This document shows, piece by piece, positions 56,707 to 64,000 of a stretch of 64,000 nt of DNA. This DNA is from an uncultured virus (IMG/VR IMGVR_UViG_3300020147_000003) (taxonomy: Duplodnaviria; Heunggongvirae; Uroviricota; Caudoviricetes). The DNA is taken from the IMG/VR virus record IMGVR_UViG_3300020147_000003; one strand, 5' to 3'. Each line of letters opens with the position of its first letter. The stretch's first letter is position 1. Both the position numbers and the translations under genes were made by a program. A model generated the notes under the pieces. The model ran no database searches. It was given only the letters and a program-made list of their open reading frames with translations, and had not been told where the DNA came from.

Positions 56707-58004
56707 CCCGTTGCACCGTATTCAACCCCCCTTGCTTCAGCACAGGGAAGGCAGAGTTCATCAATGCCGGTTGTATCGAACTTTACCGCCGCTATCGCTT
56801 TTTCGTATGCTGCTGCCAGGCCTGTTTTATACGACCCGGAAATACCATGGGGATTGCCGTCGATCTCGTACAGGATTTCTTCTCTTTTCAGGTTATTCTT
56901 GTTCCTGTTTACCCTCGCATTGGGGTTATAGGCCATCTCCCGGAGCAGGGATTTTGCCAGGAAAAGACTAAAGGCCAGGGCGAATTTCTTCTTCTGTTCC
57001 ACCACGAATTCGGTATAGTCGCAACTAACTTCGATGGCCACATTTAGGCCGTTCGTTTTTGCGATGTACCCGATTTGGGAAGTCAGGAAAACATCACTTC
57101 CGCCAACAATAAGCGTATTTTCGATTTCATCAGCTCCTACTCCATCGGCTTCCATCACCGGGGCGGTAAACGGATGGGCGCGGAAGTATTTGCCCCCCGG
57201 AAGTTGCCAACCAGAGCTCCATGCGGTGCGCTCGTTGGCGTCGTTATAGGCATGGCCAGCAAGTTCGTTTTGGGAGTAACAGAGGTAGTAAGCGCCCTTG
57301 CCCTCCAATTCCCACTCCACATCGAACCACTGCACGTCGCCGCCTTGGGTATAATTCAGATTTTCAGTTTTTATAGGGTTTTTGTTTCCGCTTTTATACA
57401 GGTAAAGGGTAAGGGATTGGGACTCGCTAAGGTGAAGCGAAATCTTCCGGATGGTAGCCAGAGCGCCACGGCTTCTTATTATCCGAAGCTCAATGCCCGA
57501 CATATGGTCACCCGGCTTTTCGACCGTATCGCTGTTCGACCCCGTAGATGTGTATAGCTCCTCCCTTTCTACGAGCGAGCGGATGGAACCGGCCTCGAAT
57601 TTCCTTCCGGACCAATCATTAAATAATTGAGCAATTGCCCCTTTTGTCTTATTCGTCAGCCAATCGGTGAACGCCTCATTCGAATTCCATTCTTTCCAGT
57701 ACTCCGAATTTGGTGGGGATTGCCCCGTGTGTGCTTTGACGCAGTAATAGTTTTTACTGTCCTTCAATACAATGTTCCCTATGACATAGGCTTTCGCATT
57801 ATCCCAGGCAGGGTAAACGAAAAGGGAAAAATCCGGGGCTATGCTTTCCAGGTTGCTGAAAGTTAGAAGCGGGTGAACGTCGTTCATGAAAATCCCGCTG
57901 TCGGAGGTCGTCAGGCCCGTGATTTGCACCCCAGCTGGATCTGGGTTCTGTCTCCACCCTACTAGCGGAAGGAAAGCAGTTTCGACTGTTGCAATTTTAA
58001 ACAC
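56703..58004 (-). CDS. Head-tail connector-like structural protein with a CBM5/12-like insert
   Basis: LVGW.Q, HPLLT..N, E.AYNPN.R.NR, CLPC...V.Y; GTG start. Confidence 0.6.
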   Translation of the reverse strand: MFKIATVETAFLPLVGWRQNPDPAGVQITGLTTSDSGIFMNDVHPLLTFSNLESIAPDFSLFVYPAWDNAKAYVIGNIVLKDSKNYYCVKAHTGQSPPNSEYWKEWNSNEAFTDWLTNKTKGAIAQLFNDWSGRKFEAGSIRSLVEREELYTSTGSNSDTVEKPGDHMSGIELRIIRSRGALATIRKISLHLSESQSLTLYLYKSGNKNPIKTENLNYTQGGDVQWFDVEWELEGKGAYYLCYSQNELAGHAYNDANERTAWSSGWQLPGGKYFRAHPFTAPVMEADGVGADEIENTLIVGGSDVFLTSQIGYIAKTNGLNVAIEVSCDYTEFVVEQKKKFALAFSLFLAKSLLREMAYNPNARVNRNKNNLKREEILYEIDGNPHGISGSYKTGLAAAYEKAIAAVKFDTTGIDELCLPCAEARGVEYGATG

Positions 58005-58102
58005 GGAGGAAATTATTAACAGTGAAAGAAGCGGACAAGGAGAAATTCCAAATTGTCCGCTTCTCCGAAATTATTGACACACTTTTTTCTGACCGAAATT
58101 CC

Positions 58103-58624
58103 TTACGGATTATCCTCGGTAAGGAATGCGACCGTACGTAAAGCTGTGCTTTGCGTGGACGTTGGAGTAATAGTTCGCAATCGAAGTCGACCTCGTAGGA
58201 TCGTACCGGAAAGCCGGGCTTTGGTAGACACCCCGTCAATCGCGCCGGTGGTAACGTTGTACCAGTCGTTCCCCGAAAATTCCAGGCTGTTCTGAAGGAA
58301 ATAAGTCGCCCCGGTCGAACCTGAAAGGCTGTCGGCGAAAAGGTCAACATGGTAGTTCATCGGCCCGAAAAAGGTTCCTATGTCATAATCGGAGGTGTCC
58401 TTGCTGGAACTGGCAGACAACGTATCGGTTTGCTTTTCAACAAACTGGCGTACTACGTTAAGGGCATATTCAGAAGGCACTCCTTCCGTGGGAACATCGG
58501 CGGGAACTTCGACCTGGGCGGGGGCACCTGCAGCAGATCCGGTTTTTTCAGCCCCATTGAAGCAAGCCAAAAAACAAGAGGCTGCAATAAGCCCAAAAAT
58601 GATAAGGAAAAGATATTTTTTCAT
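58103..58624 (-). CDS. Lipoprotein-like / exported protein
   Basis: Signal with Cys (LIAASCFLAC); S/T-rich beta domain. Confidence 0.6.
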   Translation of the reverse strand: MKKYLFLIIFGLIAASCFLACFNGAEKTGSAAGAPAQVEVPADVPTEGVPSEYALNVVRQFVEKQTDTLSASSSKDTSDYDIGTFFGPMNYHVDLFADSLSGSTGATYFLQNSLEFSGNDWYNVTTGAIDGVSTKARLSGTILRGRLRLRTITPTSTQSTALRTVAFLTEDNP

Positions 58625-58689
58625 CGCTAGATAATTGTGGTTAAGATTGAAGCACAGCTAAATTTTACTTCAGCTGTGCTTACCAATCA

Positions 58690-59766
58690 TTAGGCTTTGG
58701 AAATATCGAACTTGATAATCGGCGTCGGAATAGTAGCAGGATTGCTATTGTAGGTCGTGATAAAGCACACGTCGAAAGCGAAGTCGTAGACCTGGACGAC
58801 GTCCCTGGTCATGTCGGCAGCATCGGCACCGCCGATATCCGTTGCGGCGTTCACCGCGCCTTCGTAGTAGTACGTACCAACTTCGATGTCCAGAAGCGGC
58901 AGGCGGACCGTACCCCATTGGTGGCCATCGGCGGTTTTGCTTCCGTACAGCGCCGGGCGCTCTACCCTGGTCATCATGCCAAGGCAGCCATCTGCGATGG
59001 CGAACCCGGTAGCGTCCTTACCCACGGCGTTGTTAATGCCGCTGGTGAAGTGGAAGAATTTACCGGCAAAAGGCAGGGTTTTGTCCTCCTGATTGAACTG
59101 GCCGAAACCTTCCATCCGGCGCATGATGCCGTCATAGTAGTTGTTTGCTACGATGTCCAGTGTGTTGATGGGCGAACCAACCTGGTTACCGTACATCCGC
59201 ATCGAACGGAGCATTCCGGGAAGGTCGTGCAAAATGTAGCTGTCCTTCAGGTTTCCAATGCCGGTTTCGGACACCACGTTGCTCGCAAAGGTGTGGCCAC
59301 CGGGTATTTGCGGGATAACCTGCGTTTTCGATGCATCCATTTTGGCAATGGCCAAAGTTTCAAGGCTGTCGGAAAATCCTTCCAGCATGGAAAGGAACTT
59401 CCGCTCGAAATCCCGGAGCAACCCGATATAGTTGTTGTGATACAGGTTCGGGTAGATGTGGAAACCGTAGGCCAGGGTGGTGAACGTGTAGGTAGCGAAG
59501 GTCGAAGTATTCTCGTCGATCGGAATCGTCAGCGGCCGGGTAGAACGGATGGTTACCCCCTTGCGGTTAATAACCGGCGTTTTCACCGTTTTGCCCATCG
59601 AGGCAAAAATTGTGTTTTTCAAATCGTCGGTGACGATGCTGCCGGGCGCCATGGTTTGGCGCTTAAAGGCATCGTAAGCTCCGAGATTGTTAATCCGGTT
59701 CTCGAACTTGTCGAGGTTCGGGTTCATGTCGATTACGTCCTGAACCCGGGACAGTATTAAAGACAT
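58690..59766 (-). CDS. Major capsid protein
   Basis: 358 aa, follows the scaffold; resembles Bacteroides siphophage major head proteins (MSL..R.Q, GA.D.F..QT, YNS......PIIKF.I). Confidence 0.75.
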   Translation of the reverse strand: MSLILSRVQDVIDMNPNLDKFENRINNLGAYDAFKRQTMAPGSIVTDDLKNTIFASMGKTVKTPVINRKGVTIRSTRPLTIPIDENTSTFATYTFTTLAYGFHIYPNLYHNNYIGLLRDFERKFLSMLEGFSDSLETLAIAKMDASKTQVIPQIPGGHTFASNVVSETGIGNLKDSYILHDLPGMLRSMRMYGNQVGSPINTLDIVANNYYDGIMRRMEGFGQFNQEDKTLPFAGKFFHFTSGINNAVGKDATGFAIADGCLGMMTRVERPALYGSKTADGHQWGTVRLPLLDIEVGTYYYEGAVNAATDIGGADAADMTRDVVQVYDFAFDVCFITTYNSNPATIPTPIIKFDISKA

Positions 59767-59877
59767 AGCAGAGAAATTTTTGAGTTAAAAAATCTTGTTG
59801 CTGAATTGCTCCGAGAATTTTCTGCTCCTCAAAAATTCTCACTCGTAGTTTGGTTTGGCTTTTTCGGGGTTGTTCTT

Positions 59878-60870
59878 TTACTGTGGTGGAAGCTCGGAAA
59901 CCTTATGTTCCTTCCGTAGCTCTTGAAACTTGTTATTAAACTCCGGATGGCTGGTTGAAATCTGCTGACTCTTCAGATAGTCAAGAATCGCTTCGTCTGC
60001 TTGCACCCTAGTTTTTGCTGCCCTTACTCCGTCCAGACTGACGCCCGTTCCGCCTCCCCCTCCGGCGCTTCCGCCATTGGTTCCGGCCCCGCCTTGCTTC
60101 CTTCCTTCGTCAATCAGGTCAACTTTTTTCAACCTGGTCAACAAAAGTTCGGCGGGAGAGTATGGGTTTTGGAAGTTGGCAGGGTTTAATGCAATTTCGC
60201 CTGTCTCCTTGTGGCGGAATTGAATGGTTTCCTTACCATCGCTACCCTTAACCAATTCCGGAACGTATTCCTGCAGGATGGCGGCTTTCGAAGAGTTCAC
60301 CAGTTCTGTAGCTGCGGCTTCAGGATAAACGGAGCGGAATTTTACCCCCTGAAGGGCCTGGGCAAAAGCAAAGTCAGTTTTCATTTTCACGAATTCCTGG
60401 TCTTTTGCTTTCAAGGCGTCCTCTTGCGCCTTGGATAATTCCCCGACCTTTCCCTGGAGTTTCTTGTTCTGGGCTTCCATGTCCCTAACCAACTGCTCGG
60501 TGGTTTCCAACTTCTTTTTTAATACCGCGTCTGCGGTACCTTCGGCAATCTGCTTTTTCAGGTTTTCGACTTCCTCTTTTGCTCTTTTGAGGTCATCGCT
60601 ATTGCCAGCTTTTTCAGCAGTGGTTTTGTACTCTTCGAGGACCGACTTCATAAATTCATAAGTCTTTACCTTTTCCGGTCTCTCCTTGCCGGTAATGGAT
60701 TTTATGTCCTCGTCGAAGCGACGGTAGATTTCACCCGTTTGGGTATCAATCTCCTTTTTGACGTCCACTTTTAACTGGTTATTACCCAGTTCGATGACAG
60801 CGTTCACCACTTCATCGGTGAGAGAGGCCAACACAGGATTGGCCTTGATAATTTCGGCTGTGAAAGGCAT
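59878..60870 (-). CDS. Capsid scaffolding protein
   Basis: Coiled coil, Gly-rich GAGT linker, between portal and capsid. Confidence 0.7.
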   Translation of the reverse strand: MPFTAEIIKANPVLASLTDEVVNAVIELGNNQLKVDVKKEIDTQTGEIYRRFDEDIKSITGKERPEKVKTYEFMKSVLEEYKTTAEKAGNSDDLKRAKEEVENLKKQIAEGTADAVLKKKLETTEQLVRDMEAQNKKLQGKVGELSKAQEDALKAKDQEFVKMKTDFAFAQALQGVKFRSVYPEAAATELVNSSKAAILQEYVPELVKGSDGKETIQFRHKETGEIALNPANFQNPYSPAELLLTRLKKVDLIDEGRKQGGAGTNGGSAGGGGGTGVSLDGVRAAKTRVQADEAILDYLKSQQISTSHPEFNNKFQELRKEHKVSELPPQ

Positions 60871-60918
60871 GTTGTGTACCGTGTTTTTTAGTGAAAAAAG
60901 TGTTTCTGTTTTTTCCCG

Positions 60919-61359
60919 TTAAATCAGTTTCCGGTCTTTCAGAATGGAAAGGTATTGCTGGTTAATCTTAGGCTCCGTACACCCATTCGGAAGGTGCAAC
61001 ACCTTCACAACGTAGAGGCCCAGATGCTCCAGTACCGTTTTTTCATCCTCCGGATCCAAGCGGCGCGCTTGGCCTTCCCAGTCAACCCGGTTGGTGACGT
61101 GCTTCCGGGGTTTGTGAATTACTTCCCCCGTATCGGCATGGAACCCAGGTTCCCAGACGATGACAGCAACCGTATCCTTGCCGTATTCCTCGCCGGCAGC
61201 CGCCGGCGTAACTTCATCCGTAACAGGCGGAATTGCATCGGCTGTGTCAGTACCGATACCATTATCCGGCGCTTGCTGGTCAATTAACCCCAACCCCGGC
61301 GCTTGCTGGTTCTCCCCTTCGTTCAGGGGGTTCTGCTCGTTGGATTTTTTCTTCGACAT
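60919..61359 (-). CDS. Hypothetical head-module protein
   Basis: F...TGE.....R, LG..V..VLH.P; low-complexity N-terminus. Confidence 0.6.
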   Translation of the reverse strand: MSKKKSNEQNPLNEGENQQAPGLGLIDQQAPDNGIGTDTADAIPPVTDEVTPAAAGEEYGKDTVAVIVWEPGFHADTGEVIHKPRKHVTNRVDWEGQARRLDPEDEKTVLEHLGLYVVKVLHLPNGCTEPKINQQYLSILKDRKLI

Positions 61360-63076
61360 ATTGAATTAAAATTTCGGTGACTATTTCTATCCGCTTATTG
61401 AAGTCAAGGGCTTGCGAGGCAAATGTGGTTAAGTCGCCGTGTTCACGCTCGAACCTTGCAATAAGTGTAGAGAAATTGAATTTCAAATAAATCAGCTCCG
61501 GAGGCGCTGTTCCGAGGTTCTTTACCTCGTCGGCTGTCTTGTGCCGGAAGGGGTCTAGGTGTAAAAGGATTTTTTCACGCTGCTGCATTATAGGGTCGAA
61601 CCTGTAACGTGCTGCCAAATAATCCTCCCAAAGCCTGTCCAAGACCGAGGCGTTGGCCCCCGCCTTCCTTCTATCCTCGTACTGTGTCAAAAGGTCGTCG
61701 GCGCGGAGGATATGAAATTCTGTTCCCAGGTTTATCGTCGCACCCATGAACACCCGTTGGCCGTACCTTAATCTTGCCATTGTTTCTTCCGTCCACTTCT
61801 GGAGGGATTCAAAATTTGGCTTTAAATTGATAAGGGCTTGGGTTTTGGCATCTACTATTGCCCCTACCTGTTTTTCGTTCACCGCTTGGTCGTTCACCGC
61901 CTCATTTTCAGCGCCGGTCACATCGATGAATATGGCTTTCCTAAGCCTGTCCACCTCCTGGGAATTGTATTCCAGGCTGACATTTTCAGCCGGAACCACC
62001 CCTACCGGATCGCCAAGGTCCTTTTCATCCTGTTTGGGCATTGGTTTTCCGACAAAACTTCCCGCTCCGAGTAGCTTAGATTTCGAGCATACCGGACACC
62101 GGTGCAATGCCCCGGTTCTCCCATCGACCTGGTACTGCCCACTTCCATCCCGGAGAAATCCGACATGGCATTGTAAGTAAATGCCCCTGTCCCGGTCCTC
62201 CTGAACGAACGTACATTTAGGCGCATAGCCCCAGTAGATTGGATATTGCGCCGTCAGCTCGTTCACCCGTTTAGAAATCAGGTAAGCTAAAAGCCAGTCT
62301 AATTCCCCGAGGTGTTTGCTCAACGGGCTTTCCTTTAAATCAGTCGTGGCGTTGCTGACCGGGTCCGTCCACATCCAGCGGACAGGCGTATACCCAAGGT
62401 CGTGAGGGATTTCGGTTTCTACGCCCACTATTTCGGTGCTTCCTTTTCCCTTCAGTTTGAAAATCCTGTAATGGGTTTGGTCGAACCAAGCCATACGGTC
62501 CTCCCCAAGGGGGAATGCAATCCATCGGAAGGCCTCACCATCCCATTCGTAGTCGTGAACGGCTTCGATATTGAGAAGGTAAGGGTATGGCTCTGGAAGG
62601 TCGCCTTCTTGCTCCTGGGGCAAATCAACCACGACAAGGGAATTCACCCTGCCCTCTACCAACGTGTCAAAGACCTTTCGGCGAAAGAAACCGGGTAGCT
62701 TTTTCATCTCCCGGTAAACTTGCCAATCTTGCGCCGCTTCCGGCGCATTGAAATCGTACTGCTGCACGGGATTTCGGCCGTCAAAAACCTTCTCCAGAGC
62801 AGCGAAAATCTTTTCCGTAAAAGCTACCGTTGGAAGCGGAAAACGAAAAAGGACACAGAACAGGTTAAATTTTTCGGGCTTGCTTAAAACCCCTTCCCAC
62901 CAGTTCAGGAATTCCGTTACCGCAACCCCAGCCGCTAGAGCATCGCCTTGTGCAAGATTTAGGGTACCGTGCAGGCGAAGCCGCGCCTCATGCCTTGCCG
63001 CCCTTGCGAGCCGGTCCCGATTTTTCTTGCTCTTCAGCAGTTCCCTGATTTCCAGGGTTGTCAGCGGTTGCGGCAT
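61280..63076 (-). CDS. Portal protein
   Basis: 598 aa; HDLGYTP, YPI, FE...K.......RYG, F....RFERE; insert with C..G...CPVC. Confidence 0.75.
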   Translation of the reverse strand: MPQPLTTLEIRELLKSKKNRDRLARAARHEARLRLHGTLNLAQGDALAAGVAVTEFLNWWEGVLSKPEKFNLFCVLFRFPLPTVAFTEKIFAALEKVFDGRNPVQQYDFNAPEAAQDWQVYREMKKLPGFFRRKVFDTLVEGRVNSLVVVDLPQEQEGDLPEPYPYLLNIEAVHDYEWDGEAFRWIAFPLGEDRMAWFDQTHYRIFKLKGKGSTEIVGVETEIPHDLGYTPVRWMWTDPVSNATTDLKESPLSKHLGELDWLLAYLISKRVNELTAQYPIYWGYAPKCTFVQEDRDRGIYLQCHVGFLRDGSGQYQVDGRTGALHRCPVCSKSKLLGAGSFVGKPMPKQDEKDLGDPVGVVPAENVSLEYNSQEVDRLRKAIFIDVTGAENEAVNDQAVNEKQVGAIVDAKTQALINLKPNFESLQKWTEETMARLRYGQRVFMGATINLGTEFHILRADDLLTQYEDRRKAGANASVLDRLWEDYLAARYRFDPIMQQREKILLHLDPFRHKTADEVKNLGTAPPELIYLKFNFSTLIARFEREHGDLTTFASQALDFNKRIEIVTEILIQYVEEKIQRAEPPERRGEPASAGVGVN

Positions 63077-63218
63077 TTTCTGTGGTTTTCTGTTCGTCCT
63101 CCGCCAACCGCCAGCCGTTTTCGTGCTTATTCGTCGGATGGTTTAAAATCGCCTTGGCGTGTTCCTCATCCACCCAAATCGGGTCGTTGGTCGGACAAAC
63201 GAGTTTTACTTTTTTCAT
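62988..63218 (-). CDS. Small hypothetical protein
   Basis: HA..IL.....NGW.L pattern; between tail tube and portal. Confidence 0.55.
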   Translation of the reverse strand: MKKVKLVCPTNDPIWVDEEHAKAILNHPTNKHENGWRLAEDEQKTTENAATADNPGNQGTAEEQEKSGPARKGGKA

Positions 63219-63229
63219 GTCAAAGGCTA

Positions 63230-63865
63230 TTAATTAGCCAAGCCGGTTAAGGCATTAAAGTCCGAGGGTGTTACCTCGTACAATACATTGTCCCAACCGT
63301 CTGGCAAGTAGAATTCAAGGGTGTTGAAGCCACGGGTATTTATGGCATCACCTTGGCGACCGCTTACCTTCAGCTCTTTGATATCGATTCCCCTTGCCTT
63401 CGTGGGAGAGGAATTGGCATCGGCTGACATAATAATCCGCCCGAACCCGTTGATAAGGTGAACTGTCAAATCCTCACCGTAGAGCTTACGGAGTTCCTCG
63501 ATTGTTTTCGAAACCCGTGCGGTTACCTTACAGGTAAACTTGCCGGGACCGAAACCAACGAATTTGGGAATACCCCCAGCGGTTTCACCGGGTCCGCCTT
63601 CTTCGTAGACTTGCCCCGGTTCGAAAACCGGGTTGTCAATTTCGAAGGGCGTAACAATTGCTTTCGTGCCGTTGACGGCAGTAAGCAAGGGAGTCCAACT
63701 AGCGATAAGATTTGGATTTGCTGAAGCGATGGTCAACTCGTTTAGAGTTGTGCCGGAGGAGTATTTGCGCTGGAAGATTAACTTCCGAACCTCACCGATC
63801 TGTAAACAGCCGTTGGAAATGGCGGTAAGAGAGGCAGCTGACGACCCGCAGAAATTTGTGAGCAT
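63230..63865 (-). CDS. Major tail (tube) protein candidate
   Basis: C...GE..KL.FQR, ASW..LL.A...TK...TP, GG..ET.GGI, W.......P.DFN.LT.L. Confidence 0.6.
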   Translation of the reverse strand: MLTNFCGSSAASLTAISNGCLQIGEVRKLIFQRKYSSGTTLNELTIASANPNLIASWTPLLTAVNGTKAIVTPFEIDNPVFEPGQVYEEGGPGETAGGIPKFVGFGPGKFTCKVTARVSKTIEELRKLYGEDLTVHLINGFGRIIMSADANSSPTKARGIDIKELKVSGRQGDAINTRGFNTLEFYLPDGWDNVLYEVTPSDFNALTGLAN

Positions 63866-64000
63866 TGTACCGTGCTTTTTAGTATTCTAGCCTCGGCCTG
63901 CTCTTAAGCACTTGGCTTTTAATTCAAAAAGAGAAGCAGTGCAAATGTATTGTATTTTGTATTTAAAAAACAAATTTTAATATCAAAAATTTTTGACCCA

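Noticed and set aside
58918..59760. Long antisense ORFs (also 40043..40753, 17926..18600, 9931..10416)
   Set aside because: They mirror well-supported genes on the other strand and have no recognisable motifs.
1..64000. Stop-codon reassignment
   Set aside because: Core genes are full length in the standard code and end in TAA, TAG and TGA; no suppressor tRNA was seen.

Overview
The whole 64 kb window looks like part of a temperate long-tailed phage of a Bacteroidota host. It has TAnnTTTG-type promoters, little Shine-Dalgarno usage and no host housekeeping genes. In order it contains: the 3' end of a tape-measure gene (+); a leftward arm with a PAPS-reductase-family gene and a ParB / TET-JBP dioxygenase / P-loop kinase / TerS / TerL packaging-and-modification locus; a tyrosine integrase with a candidate attP; recombination and replication genes (Cas4-like nuclease, VRR-NUC, a dual-frame C5 methyltransferase, an initiator with internal iterons, an SNF2-MTase fusion); a divergent control region with a c4-like structured RNA and a tRNA-CAT; a rightward regulatory/membrane cluster; and a leftward virion module (tail tube, portal, scaffold, capsid, neck, holin, fibres, frameshifted chaperone). 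Two rightward islands interrupt the virion module, one carrying vWA plus IbrA/IbrB-like genes. The most striking unexplained structure is non-coding. A 14-nt motif (AAAARCACGGTACA) sits directly on 13 start codons and occurs in 3 orphan copies. A second motif (CTTARGAGCAGG) lies 28-32 nt upstream of four virion genes. There is also a tRNA-shaped RNA with no anticodon loop. All family assignments are from motif recognition by eye; no searches were run.
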